Shown here piece by piece: positions 28,375 through 38,100 of a stretch of 64,000 bases of DNA. Origin of the DNA: an uncultured bacterium (GTDB lineage Bacteria; Actinomycetota; Acidimicrobiia; Spongiisociales; UBA5794). The notes beneath the pieces were generated by a model. The model saw only the letters and a program-made list of their open reading frames with translations. It did no database searches and was not told where the DNA came from. The position numbers and the translations under genes were made by a program. The stretch is taken from contig CAWDDT010000009.1 of NCBI GenBank assembly GCA_963801165.1, positions 512,001 through 576,000 of the forward strand, read 5' to 3'. Numbering within the stretch: the first letter of the stretch is position 1; each line of letters begins with the position of its first letter.

Positions 28375-29291
28375 TGGCGAGGCCGTTCCGCTGGCTCAGC
28401 TACGGGGCGATCGGCTGGCTCGCCTGGCGGCTCTTCGGTCCCGAGCTGACACCGCGGTTCCGCGGCCCCCAGCACAATGCGCTGCCGGTTCCGGGGCGCA
28501 CCGTTGTGGTGGGTGAGCACGAGCTGTTCGTCCGCGAGACCGGTCCCGAAGATGCGCCGGTGCTCGTGCTGATACACGGCTGGAACCTCGACGGGGCAAT
28601 GACGTTTCACCGCATCATTCCCGGGCTCGCCCAGCGGTACCGGGTGATCGTTCCCGACCTGCGTAACCACGGTCGCAGCGATTGGGTACGGGGGAGGGTC
28701 GAGATCTCCGATCTGGCCGATGACGTCGCCGGCGTCCTCGATGCCCTGGGTGTCTCGCAGGCCACCGTGTTCGGGTACTCGATGGGAGGCATGGTTCTCC
28801 AGGAGCTCGCCCGCCGTCATCCCCGCCATGTCGAGTCGATGATCCTGGCTGCCACCGCCTCGTGCCCGATCCCCGACATGCGGATCGTCACCCGGGCCGC
28901 CTTCTGGCTCGCCAGGGGTGGGCTGCGCATATCCCTGCACGAGATCGCCAGAGCCACCGGCGAGGTTCTGCATCGCACCGGCGCAGTGCGTGACGACCAC
29001 CGCCGTTGGATGCACGAGGCCCTCATCAAAAGGGATCCGGATTTGTACTACGAGATAGGCGCCGCGGTATGGCGGTTCGACGCCCGTTCCTGGGTGGGCG
29101 ACCTACCCCAGCGGAAGCTGATCATCATCCCGACCGCTGATGAGATCGTGCCCCCGAAGGCGCAGTACGAGATGGCGTCACTGTTGCCGGGCGCCGACGT
29201 GCTCGAGTTGGAGGGCGGTCTTCACGAGTCGGTGCTCAACCGGCCACTCGAATACATCGAAGCGATCACGAAATTCGCGGAAGCGTCCTGA
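28374..29291 (+). CDS. alpha/beta hydrolase
   Basis: LIHGW, DLRNHGRS and GYSMGG. Confidence 0.88.
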   Translation: MARPFRWLSYGAIGWLAWRLFGPELTPRFRGPQHNALPVPGRTVVVGEHELFVRETGPEDAPVLVLIHGWNLDGAMTFHRIIPGLAQRYRVIVPDLRNHGRSDWVRGRVEISDLADDVAGVLDALGVSQATVFGYSMGGMVLQELARRHPRHVESMILAATASCPIPDMRIVTRAAFWLARGGLRISLHEIARATGEVLHRTGAVRDDHRRWMHEALIKRDPDLYYEIGAAVWRFDARSWVGDLPQRKLIIIPTADEIVPPKAQYEMASLLPGADVLELEGGLHESVLNRPLEYIEAITKFAEAS

Positions 29292-30077
29292 TTACTCAAG
29301 ACCCGCTAGAACCGTCTTGACTACGGCGGCGACTGCATCGGGTGCCTCGAGGACGAGGTTGTGTCCCACACCAGGAACGATCACAGGTCGTGCCCCCATC
29401 GCCTTCGCCATTGCCCTGGCGAAATCGGTGTACTTGTCGTCCAGCCCGCCGGCGAGGAACGTTGTCGGCATCGGTAGCGCGGGGAGCCGGTCGGTGACGT
29501 CGGCGACCGCAGCCTGGCCGAGTCCTCGTAGAGCCGCGGCGACTCCTGCCGCTGAGTTCTCCAACCGAAGCTCCCGATCGTTGTCACGAGCGTCGGGGTC
29601 GGCCCGCAAGGGGGCAACCAACGGATTTGCCAGCCACTCGTCGATGAAACGGACGAGGCCGATCCGCTCGATGCGTGACGCCAGCCCGGCGTCGGCGGCT
29701 TCCCGCAGTCGTCTCGCCCGTCCGATGAGCCCCGGGGAGGTAGAGATGAGGACAAGACTCCCGACCAGCGAGGGCTGGTTCAGTGCTACCTGGAGGGCGA
29801 TCCGGCCACCCTGTGAGTATCCGAGCAGGAGCGGCTTGTCGTAGCCGGCAAGCATCTGAGATAACGCATCGACAGCCGTCCGCATCGTGACCGGTGCGAT
29901 CGTCGTGCGGCCGTGTCCGGGGAGATCGGGGGCGGCTACCGGCTCCCCGAGGTGCCGTGCGAAACCTGCCCACATCCCACCGTGCAGGCTGAAACCGTGG
30001 AGGGCGACCACCCGCGGCTGCCCCGTGCCGTGGGTGCGCACCCAGAGACCGCCGTGTGCAGTGGCAATGTCGGTCAT
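29292..30077 (-). CDS. menH: MenH-like alpha/beta hydrolase (SHCHC synthase family)
   Basis: LHGF, DLPGHG, GYSQGGRIAL, R...D..LA..IE..G...F...W and GHN. Confidence 0.7.
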   Translation of the reverse strand: MTDIATAHGGLWVRTHGTGQPRVVALHGFSLHGGMWAGFARHLGEPVAAPDLPGHGRTTIAPVTMRTAVDALSQMLAGYDKPLLLGYSQGGRIALQVALNQPSLVGSLVLISTSPGLIGRARRLREAADAGLASRIERIGLVRFIDEWLANPLVAPLRADPDARDNDRELRLENSAAGVAAALRGLGQAAVADVTDRLPALPMPTTFLAGGLDDKYTDFARAMAKAMGARPVIVPGVGHNLVLEAPDAVAAVVKTVLAGLE

Positions 30078-30166
30078 TGCGGCGGGGGCCTATATTCGGA
30101 GTTGAGCATCCGGTAGACGACCGTCGCCCCGATGGCCGCGATCACGATGAGGATCACCTTTTTCAC
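30074..30166 (-). CDS. small single-helix membrane protein (30 aa)
   Basis: GTG-start MKKVILIVIAAIGATVVYRMLNSEYRPPPQ; its stop overlaps the menH ATG (ATGA). Confidence 0.65.
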   Translation of the reverse strand: MKKVILIVIAAIGATVVYRMLNSEYRPPPQ

Positions 30167-30203
30167 CGCGACATCATAAGACGATGAAGCAGAGCCCGAT
30201 CTG

Positions 30204-31967
30204 GTGCGCGAGAATTGGCGTGTGGATGGTCCCTTCTTGGAAGCCAGGGCTGCTTTCGACAGGTGGCGGCAACGCTTCCCGACAAACGTGTTCAGCAGTG
30301 ACGCTCATCTCGATCTGGTGCTCGCTCGCCATATCGATGGTGATCGGTTGGCCTCCCTCCGCGAGGAAGCCGGCAGCTTCGGAGCGGTGGTTGCCGGACA
30401 GCTCGAGCCGTTGGTGGAGACCTACCGAACGCACCTCCCCGAGTTGGTGAAATACGACGGCTATGGGAACCGCATCGAGATGATCCGGTTTCACGATGCC
30501 TACCACACCGCAGGTGAGCTCGTTTGGGGCTCAGGGTTGCTGGCACACTCGGCCGCGGCCGGCGGATCGTTCGAGCAGGCCACCCTGTTCTACCTGGCGT
30601 CGCTGGAGGGGGAGATGGGTCACATGTGCGCCGCAACCTGCACCACAGGAGCGGTCCGGGTGTTGCGCCGCTACGCCGACCCGGACATGTGCAACCGCTA
30701 TCTCCCGGGCTTGACCGGAAACGACTACCGGGCCGCAATCCGGGCGTCGCAGTTTCTTACCGAAGTCCAGGGTGGCAGCGACGTCGGCGCCAACGCCTCG
30801 GTGGCGAGGAGCAGCAGCGAAGGCTACGACATAACGGGGGAGAAGTGGTTCTGCTCGGTGGCCGACGCCGATCTATTCCTGCTACTGGCCCGGCCGGAAG
30901 GTGGGCCGGGTGGGACCTCCGGGCTGGGATGTTTCGTAGTACCCAGGACCATCGATGGCTCACCGAACGGCTTTTCGATACGTCGGCTCAAGGACAAGCT
31001 GGGCACGACGGCCATGGCCTCAGGTGAGGTCGACTTCGACGGCGCCCGGGCCTATGTCGTGGGGGAGCCCGACGCCGGATTCAAGATCATGGTCACGGCC
31101 ATGCTGAACACCAGCCGGTGGCTCAACGCGGTCGGCGACGTGGGCATGATGCGTCGTGCCTATGTGGAGGCCGCCAACTACGCCGCCGAACGCACCGCGT
31201 TCGGACGCCGCATCGGTGACTTCCCGCTCGTCCGCCGTCAGCTCGGCGAGATCAAGGCCGAGTGGCTGGCGGCCCTGCACAGCACGTGGGAGTTGACCGG
31301 GCTCGACGAAGCCGTCGACATCGAGGCGATGGGCGGGTCGCCGGTATCGTCGCTGGATGAGGGGTTCCATCGCTATCTCGTGAACGCCAACAAGCTCGTG
31401 TGCTCGCTTGCAGCCACCGGGGTGGTGCGGGCGGCGATCGAGGTGCTCGGCGGTAACGGGGCGATCGAGGAGTTCAGCGTTCTGCCCCGCTTGTTGCGTG
31501 ATGCGGTCGTCTACGAGCAATGGGAGGGCACCCACAACGTGCTGACGGCGCAGGTGTTGCGAGATCTGGGCAGGTTGGGGCTCGCCGGCACGGTCGTCGA
31601 CCGCACCGCCACCATCCTCAAGGGCATTGCCGATCCGGACCTGGGCCATGTCGCCGATCGTGCCCAGACCGAGCTCGAGGAGCTGGCCGGCAGGGTGGCC
31701 GAATGCGTCCACGAGCCCGAGTACGGCGCTCTGCATTTCCGTGGGTTGCTGGAGCGGTTGGTCCGGGCACATCAGGTGGCGCTGCTGCTCCAGGGCGCCG
31801 AAGCGGCGGCCGCTGCCGGGGATGATCGCTCGGGCGAGTTGGGAGTCGAGCTGTCGGCCGCAGCCGAGATCATCCTCGGTCGGTATGTCGAGCGCGACTA
31901 CCGCTCTGAGGAAGATCCCCGCTTCGAGAGCCTGGTGGCCCGGCTGCTCGGCTCAGATCTGGGGTAG
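30204..31967 (+). CDS. acyl-CoA dehydrogenase family protein (AidB-like)
   Basis: QFLTEVQGGSDVG, GEKWFCS, RLKDKLGT, R.AFG and WEGTHNV. Confidence 0.9.
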   Translation: MRENWRVDGPFLEARAAFDRWRQRFPTNVFSSDAHLDLVLARHIDGDRLASLREEAGSFGAVVAGQLEPLVETYRTHLPELVKYDGYGNRIEMIRFHDAYHTAGELVWGSGLLAHSAAAGGSFEQATLFYLASLEGEMGHMCAATCTTGAVRVLRRYADPDMCNRYLPGLTGNDYRAAIRASQFLTEVQGGSDVGANASVARSSSEGYDITGEKWFCSVADADLFLLLARPEGGPGGTSGLGCFVVPRTIDGSPNGFSIRRLKDKLGTTAMASGEVDFDGARAYVVGEPDAGFKIMVTAMLNTSRWLNAVGDVGMMRRAYVEAANYAAERTAFGRRIGDFPLVRRQLGEIKAEWLAALHSTWELTGLDEAVDIEAMGGSPVSSLDEGFHRYLVNANKLVCSLAATGVVRAAIEVLGGNGAIEEFSVLPRLLRDAVVYEQWEGTHNVLTAQVLRDLGRLGLAGTVVDRTATILKGIADPDLGHVADRAQTELEELAGRVAECVHEPEYGALHFRGLLERLVRAHQVALLLQGAEAAAAAGDDRSGELGVELSAAAEIILGRYVERDYRSEEDPRFESLVARLLGSDLG

Positions 31968-32693
31968 GAGCGCGGCGAACCGGTTCATCAGCTCGTCGAA
32001 GCTGGTCGGGGTCACCGTCACGTACCCGTCGCGGTGGCTGAGCCGCCAGTATCCGGCGAAGCTCCCGTCGAGCACGGACAGGCGTGCCTCCTCGCGGTGA
32101 CGCCGGTCGCCGAGCCAGACAGACTCGACCGTCCACAGTGAGCGGCGCATGATGAGGGTGGCCAGCATGCGGTCGACCCACGGCGCGGCGATCCCGGCGG
32201 CCGTCATCTCCTGCTCGGCACGCAGCGGGTCTGTGGTGATCATCGACTCGATGCGGGTGAGCGTCGCGATCGGCAGGCGGAAGCTACCCGCGTAGGCGGG
32301 CTGCGGCCGGGGTACGAGGCGAACCGCCTGGGCGAGATGGAAGGGAAGGAGCGGTGGATCGATCTGAATCAATTCGAAACGGCCGTCGTGGTCCCGACAG
32401 CCGAGAACTGCGGTGGAGCCGTTCCGCCAGATCGTTGCCAGCTCCGGTTTCTCCGCCGGGCGGGCGTTGTCGATCTCCAGGGTGACCACGAACGTCGGGT
32501 TGGTGATGACCGAGACGAGCGAGCTCACCAGTGGGTCCAGACGGGTTGCCGCCATGATTCCGGCGGCGCGGAGCTCGGTGAGCATCGCCGCGGCCGGGAC
32601 CCTGCCCGAATGTATCGCAAGCAGCGAAGGCATGAGGCGACGTGGGATAGAGACCGAGCGCCGTCCCCGGTCGACAAGCGGTTCGCCGCTCAT
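31953..32693 (-). CDS. EspG-like ESX secretion-associated protein
   Basis: ELRAAGIM...RLDP.V..LV.VI.NP..VV.LEI pattern resembling EspG; location in the WXG100 locus. Confidence 0.55.
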   Translation of the reverse strand: MSGEPLVDRGRRSVSIPRRLMPSLLAIHSGRVPAAAMLTELRAAGIMAATRLDPLVSSLVSVITNPTFVVTLEIDNARPAEKPELATIWRNGSTAVLGCRDHDGRFELIQIDPPLLPFHLAQAVRLVPRPQPAYAGSFRLPIATLTRIESMITTDPLRAEQEMTAAGIAAPWVDRMLATLIMRRSLWTVESVWLGDRRHREEARLSVLDGSFAGYWRLSHRDGYVTVTPTSFDELMNRFAALLPQI

Positions 32694-33541
32694 ACGGCCG
32701 CCGGGGCGACGTCGGCGACCACCCAGACGCCGCCGGAGATGGCCATGGTCAGCACGTACTGGAGTTGGTGAGTGATGCCGTTGCTCTTGGTGGCAACGAC
32801 GCCAATCCGGATCTCGCCCGTCAGGTTGGCACCGAGAGGTCGGGCGGCGATCTCCTGGTAGGGCGCGGTATCGAAGCGGACGATGTTGCTCGGTGATGCC
32901 AGATAGCGGCTCAGCTCGTCACCGCCGGTCAGGTACTCCTGAATGAAGGCCATTGCTGCGACCGCCTGGTCGTCCGGAACCGGATCGGAGAACAGCGAGG
33001 CCGTCTGATCGACCACGGCCGCGATCGGCACCCGGGAAGGCAACCCGATTGCGGTCGGCTTGTCACCGACCGAGGTGACGAGGACGTTGAATTCCTGGAG
33101 ATCGGCCGGCTCGTAGACGGTATCCGCCAGCTCGAGCGCATCGACGGCAACCGTCACCGACCAGGTGTGATCGTCGACCGGCTCCCCGGCGATGGCGGCC
33201 GTCTGGTTGATCCAAATGCGTTGCTGGTCACCATCGGCGACGGCCGACAACTCGCGGGCTGTATAGAGCTCGGCGTAACCGGCGATCTCAGCCGGTAGTC
33301 CTGGGGTTTCCCCAACCACAGTCGAAGAGCCCGTAGTCAGGCCCGAGCCAAACCAGCCGGCCACCGCACCTACGAACAGCGCCAGGGCGACGCCGAAGGT
33401 GACCCACAGTCTGCTGCCCCTGTGCGGTGTGGAGGCCGGTGCGGGCTCGATCGGCGGTGGCACCCGGCACGAGTGTTGCGGCGGCGGCTCGGGCGACGAG
33501 GAATCGTCGACGGGGGTCCCGAGGATATCGACGAGGCTCAT
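32690..33541 (-). CDS. TcpC/VirB8-like conjugal transfer protein
   Basis: Pro-rich N-terminus, one TM helix, AGYAELY, WSVTVAV, FIQEYLTG..ELSRYL and C-terminal Y.LT.....G.W.V..V. Confidence 0.65.
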   Translation of the reverse strand: MSLVDILGTPVDDSSSPEPPPQHSCRVPPPIEPAPASTPHRGSRLWVTFGVALALFVGAVAGWFGSGLTTGSSTVVGETPGLPAEIAGYAELYTARELSAVADGDQQRIWINQTAAIAGEPVDDHTWSVTVAVDALELADTVYEPADLQEFNVLVTSVGDKPTAIGLPSRVPIAAVVDQTASLFSDPVPDDQAVAAMAFIQEYLTGGDELSRYLASPSNIVRFDTAPYQEIAARPLGANLTGEIRIGVVATKSNGITHQLQYVLTMAISGGVWVVADVAPAAV

Positions 33542-34386
33542 GGCTGTAACCCGGCGATGGGTAAGAGGATCATCTCCCCGGGGTAGATGAGATTGGGGTC
33601 GCCCGACCTGAGCGTGTCCCGGTTGGCGGCGATCACCGTGCGCCAATAGTCGTCGATCTGAGCAGAGGTCGGCTTGTCACCAAGCACGGTCCGCAGACGT
33701 GCGGCGGCGATAGTCCAGAGGTTGTCTCCCCGCTCGACCGTGTAGGTGGAGTCGGTGGCGGGACCGGTGACCGCGGCGGCAACCGCCGGAAGATTTGCGA
33801 TAACGGCCGGCTGGACGGCGTCGGGCGGGGGTGCTTCGGAGGTCGGAGGAGCGACCGGCTGTTCGGGCGGGGTGTCGAGTTGCGGGGTGACCGCGGGCGT
33901 CTGCTCGGCTACGGGTGTCGGCTCGTGATTGTTCATCGCGGGACCGATGTGGGGGACGGGAATGCCGTCCGGGGAGGTCTCGAAGACGATGGGCGGTGGC
34001 GTCGGTTGCGCCGGTTCCGCCCGCAGTGATGCGACCGGCGCTGCGAGCACGGAGATCGCCAGCGACGCGGCCAGGGTGCCATCGATGAGCCGTCTGATCG
34101 GGGGCAGCGTCACCAGAGAGATCCAGTGCGGCCGGTGTTCGGCTCTGACCAGCGACAGCGCGTAGTAGAGGACGGTTGTGATGAGTACCCAGTACCCGAT
34201 CGCCAGCCCGGCGTAGCGAAATCCGGCTCCCATCACGTCGGCGGGAGCGGAGGCGTTGATCCAGGTGAGCGGGCTCTGCCAGTCGACGGCAAACCCCGGC
34301 ACGCCGCCCAACGCATGCAGTCCCACCGTGATGAGGGTTGTTGCTGCAAGCAACCCCGCGATCCCGGAAGTCCTGTACCTGTCCAT
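33538..34386 (-). CDS. membrane-anchored LysM domain protein
   Basis: N-terminal TM helices, Pro/Ala linker and YTVERGDNLWTIA...AN......DPNLIYPGEMILLP. Confidence 0.9.
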   Translation of the reverse strand: MDRYRTSGIAGLLAATTLITVGLHALGGVPGFAVDWQSPLTWINASAPADVMGAGFRYAGLAIGYWVLITTVLYYALSLVRAEHRPHWISLVTLPPIRRLIDGTLAASLAISVLAAPVASLRAEPAQPTPPPIVFETSPDGIPVPHIGPAMNNHEPTPVAEQTPAVTPQLDTPPEQPVAPPTSEAPPPDAVQPAVIANLPAVAAAVTGPATDSTYTVERGDNLWTIAAARLRTVLGDKPTSAQIDDYWRTVIAANRDTLRSGDPNLIYPGEMILLPIAGLQP

Positions 34387-34392
34387 AACGCA

Positions 34393-34464
34393 ACCCTACA
34401 AGCAATAGATCTATATTGTCAAGAGTTATATAGGATTGACAATCGTTAAATATCGTTATAGCGT
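34393..34464. promoter_or_regulatory. back-to-back divergent sigma70-type promoters in an AT-rich spacer
   Basis: + strand TTGACA(34436)-17-TAGCGT; - strand TTGACA(34422)-18-TAGGGT; inverted repeat ATTGTCAA-N13-TTGACAAT. Confidence 0.7.
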
Positions 34465-34512
34465 TTGAATCCATCAAGTCTGGATCAGCCAGGCAGAAAG
34501 AAAGGAAAGGCA

Positions 34513-34788
34513 ATGGCAGCAGGGATGTTTGGGGCAAACCTGGCCGATCTCGATCAGCTCCGATCGTTGTTTGACAACAAGGCGGGCGAGGTTCAGAGCC
34601 TCGAGTCGACCCTCACCAGCAAGGTTGCCCCCGGCGCAACCGCCTGGGAAGGGCCGGGCGCCGACAAGTTCCGGTCTGCTTGGGAGACCGAGTTCGCACC
34701 GGCTCTGCGCAATCTCCGCGAGGCGCTCGTTCAGGCCGGTGTAGCGGTCGCCAAGTACCGGGACAACATTGAGATGGCGACTCGCTGA
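34513..34788 (+). CDS. WXG100 family type VII secretion target
   Basis: 91 aa, helical, central WEG motif (AWEGPGADKFRSAW); AAGGAAAGG RBS. Confidence 0.9.
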   Translation: MAAGMFGANLADLDQLRSLFDNKAGEVQSLESTLTSKVAPGATAWEGPGADKFRSAWETEFAPALRNLREALVQAGVAVAKYRDNIEMATR

Positions 34789-34799
34789 GGAGCGTTGCA

Positions 34800-35156
34800 G
34801 TGACCCCCGAAGAGCTCCGTCGCAGGGCCCGCCAGAAACGATCTGACGCGGCCGATCTCGCAGCCGATGCAGATCGACTGCGTAGCCAGGCGGCGGCTCT
34901 CAGGGGGTTGCTCGATCCATTGCTGCCGATGTCCCGGCGAGTCTGGGTGGGACCGGCGGCACAAGATTTCGAGAGCGATGTCAGGCGGTATGGTGGCATG
35001 GTCGATGATCAGGCGAGCCGTCTCACCGCGATCGCAGGCGAATTCGATAGACGGGCGGCTGATGCGCGCCACACCGCAGCGACCCTCGATGCCCAGGCGA
35101 CGGCCGCAGAATTGGCCGTGGCGGGAACCGCGGTATCGGTGGGCGGGGTCGTCTGA
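34800..35156 (+). CDS. WXG100-like protein
   Basis: 118 aa, helical, central WVG motif (VWVGPAAQDF). Confidence 0.8.
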   Translation: MTPEELRRRARQKRSDAADLAADADRLRSQAAALRGLLDPLLPMSRRVWVGPAAQDFESDVRRYGGMVDDQASRLTAIAGEFDRRAADARHTAATLDAQATAAELAVAGTAVSVGGVV

Positions 35157-38100
35157 TGAACCTGGTCGTCCGCTGGCAGGGTGAGGAGTACGAGGTCTCC
35201 GTAGATATCGGTGACGAGTCGCTCCCGGTAGGCAAGATGCTCGGTGCCCTCCTAGACGTCGAGCCACCGTTGATCGCCGTTGACGGGCGGCCCCTTGATC
35301 CCACGACTCCCATTGCCGAGGCGAGCCTCGGCGACGGGACGGTGATCGACGCCTCCATAGAGGGCGATCCACGTCTGGTTGGTGTGCTTCTCGATGTTGG
35401 CGGATCCCGATCGTTTGTCGTTCGACAGCTCCGGGTGGGCACGCTCACCATCGGTGCTTTCCCCGCAGACGTTCCGGTAGACACACCAGGTAGGGTCGTC
35501 CTCCGTGCCGACTCCGGCGGCGCCGTGTTCGTCCGCAACATCGATGGTGCAGACGCCCGGCTGGGCGGGTCACCAGTCGAGCCGGCCGAGACTCGCGTCT
35601 CACCCGGCAGCGTTCTGAGCCTCGGGAGGCGGTCGTTTGCGGTTAGCGCCGAGGTTGAATGCCGGCAACGCCACGGTGTCTTCAACCGCCCACCGCGGCG
35701 AGTGGCAGGGTACCGGCCCGCACCTCTCCAGCCACCGCTGCAGCCCGCACAGCCGGCCAAGCCAATGCGCTTCGGATGGGGTGCGCTGATCGTGCCGGTG
35801 ATTCTCGGGCTCGGCATGGCGGTGCTCATCAGCCCACGAATGGCGGTCTTTGCGATCTTCTCCCCGGCGATGTTGCTCGCCAACTGGTTCGAAGATCGGC
35901 GCCGGGCACGCCGGGAGCGGCGTGAGACCGGTGAGGTCTTCAGGGACGCGCTGACGCGCTTCCGCAGCGATGTTTCGCACGCCCACCAGTTAGAGGTTCG
36001 GTACCGGCAGGACAGCGTCGCATCACCCGACGACCTGGAAATGCTGGCACGGCGCGCCGACTCCCGGCTCTGGGAGCGGCGTCACGGCCACGACGACTTC
36101 ATGGCCATTCCTCTTGGCAGCGGGTGTTTGGAGTGGCAGCCGCAATGGAGCGGTTCACCGGCGCAGGAGGCATCCGAGGTTTTCGCCGCGTTCTCCCAGC
36201 TACACGACGTGCCGGTGGTGGTCGACCTACGGGCGGGCGACGTCGTCGGGGTGGCCGGGGACCGCACCACCGCCCTCGGGGTCATGCGCCAACTGGTGCT
36301 CCAGGCTGCCGTGCACCACGGTCCCGCCGACCTGTCCATCAGTGTTTTTACCGAGAACGCCGCCGATTGGGATTGGGTCAAGTGGCTGCCACACGTCGAC
36401 GCCGGGGGGCGTCGCAGGCTGGCCGGGTCGCTCGGCGATATCGAAGACGTGCTGGAGATGCTGCCACCCGGCGAGGAGCCGGCGGACTTGCGTCACCTGT
36501 TGCTGATCGATCTCCCCGATCTGCTCACCGGGCCACAGGCACTGATCCGCGACGTTCTCAAGAATGGCAAGAAGCGGGGAGTCACGGCGGTCGCCGTCGC
36601 TCGGCGAACACTCGACCTGCCATCGCTGGCGACGACGATTGTCGCGCTCTCTCCCGGGCGTAGCCATGTGAGATTTCCCGACGGCAGCGAGGCTCCGGTG
36701 GCTCCGTGGACCATCAGCGCCAGGAGGGCGCGGCGTACCGGACGGGCTCTGGCCCGCATCGACGATCCCGAGACCGGAGGAGCCGGGGTGAACCTGCCCG
36801 CGGTGGCGCATCTCGGTGCCTTGCTCCGGCTCGGCGACGATCCCGAGGCGGTCATTGCCCGGCGCTGGCGGGCGTGCGGCAATTGCCCGGTAGCCCCCAT
36901 CGGGGTTTCGGCCGAGGGGCTGTTCAGCATCGACCCGGTCGCGGACGGTCCCCATGCACTGCTCGGCGGCACTACCGGCTCCGGCAAGTCCGAGCTGCTG
37001 CGCAGCCTGGTGGCATCGCTGGCAGCCTCGGCGAGCCCGACCGCACTCAACTTCGTGCTCGTCGACTACAAGGGTGGCAGCGCGTTCGATGCTTGTGCCG
37101 CCCTGCCGCACACCGTTGGTCTGGTGACCGACCTTGACGAGCATCTCGCCGGGCGGGCACTCGTATGTCTCGAGTCCGAGCTGAGATACCGGGAGGAGCG
37201 GCTGCGCAATGCCGGGGTTTCCGACATTTCCGATCTCGTCGCAGGCGAAACCGAGCCTCTGCCGCGACTGTTTGTGGTGATCGACGAGTTCGCCGCACTC
37301 GCCACAGAGCTCCCGGACTTCATGAATGCTCTGGTCGGCATCGCCCAGCGCGGGCGCAGCCTCGGTGTCCATTTGCTGCTCGCCACACAGCGACCGAACG
37401 GTGTCATCGACGACAAGATCAAGGCCAACACCAACCTCAGGATGGCGCTGCGAGTCCAGGACGCAGCAGACTCGGTCGACGTCATCGGAACCGCCGACGC
37501 CGCGGCAATTGCCAGAACCCAGCCAGGGAGGGCGCTGGCCCGGCTGGGCCCCGGTGACACCGTTGCGTTCCAGACTGCGCTGGTGACCGGCCACTCTATG
37601 GCACAACAGAGCGTCGCTGTGTCGGCCTGCCCGTTTGCGTTTGCGTGCGAGCCACCCACACCAGGGAACCGGGCTACGCCGGAAGACGAAGGTCCGAGCG
37701 ATCTGGAGCTGATCGTTGCCGCGGCGGATTCGGTTGCGCACAGGCTGCATCTGCCCGCCGCACGTCTCCCCTGGCCCGCCCCGCTCCCCGCCAACGTAAC
37801 CCTCGATGACATGCCGGGGATGGGTGTCGGAGGAGCGGTCTTCGCCATGGCGGACGAGCCACACCGGCAGCGACGGGTGGCTGCCGGGTGGTCGCCGGCG
37901 GCGGGCAACCTCCTGCTCTACGGTCTCCCCGGGAGTGGGACGACGACGGCGGTCGCCACGATTGCGGTGACGACCGCCCGGGCGAGCGATCCCAACCGGC
38001 TGCACATGTACGTTCTCGACTTCGATGACCAGCTGTTGCAGCCGCTGCGCGATCTACCGCAAGTCGGTGCCGTCATCGCGGGTAGCGATCGGGAACGCCA

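Noticed and set aside
36227-38005. Long antisense ORFs (also 23241-24890, 47484-48797, 61553-62893)
   Set aside because: Shadow ORFs typical of high-GC DNA, lying opposite well-supported genes and lacking motifs.
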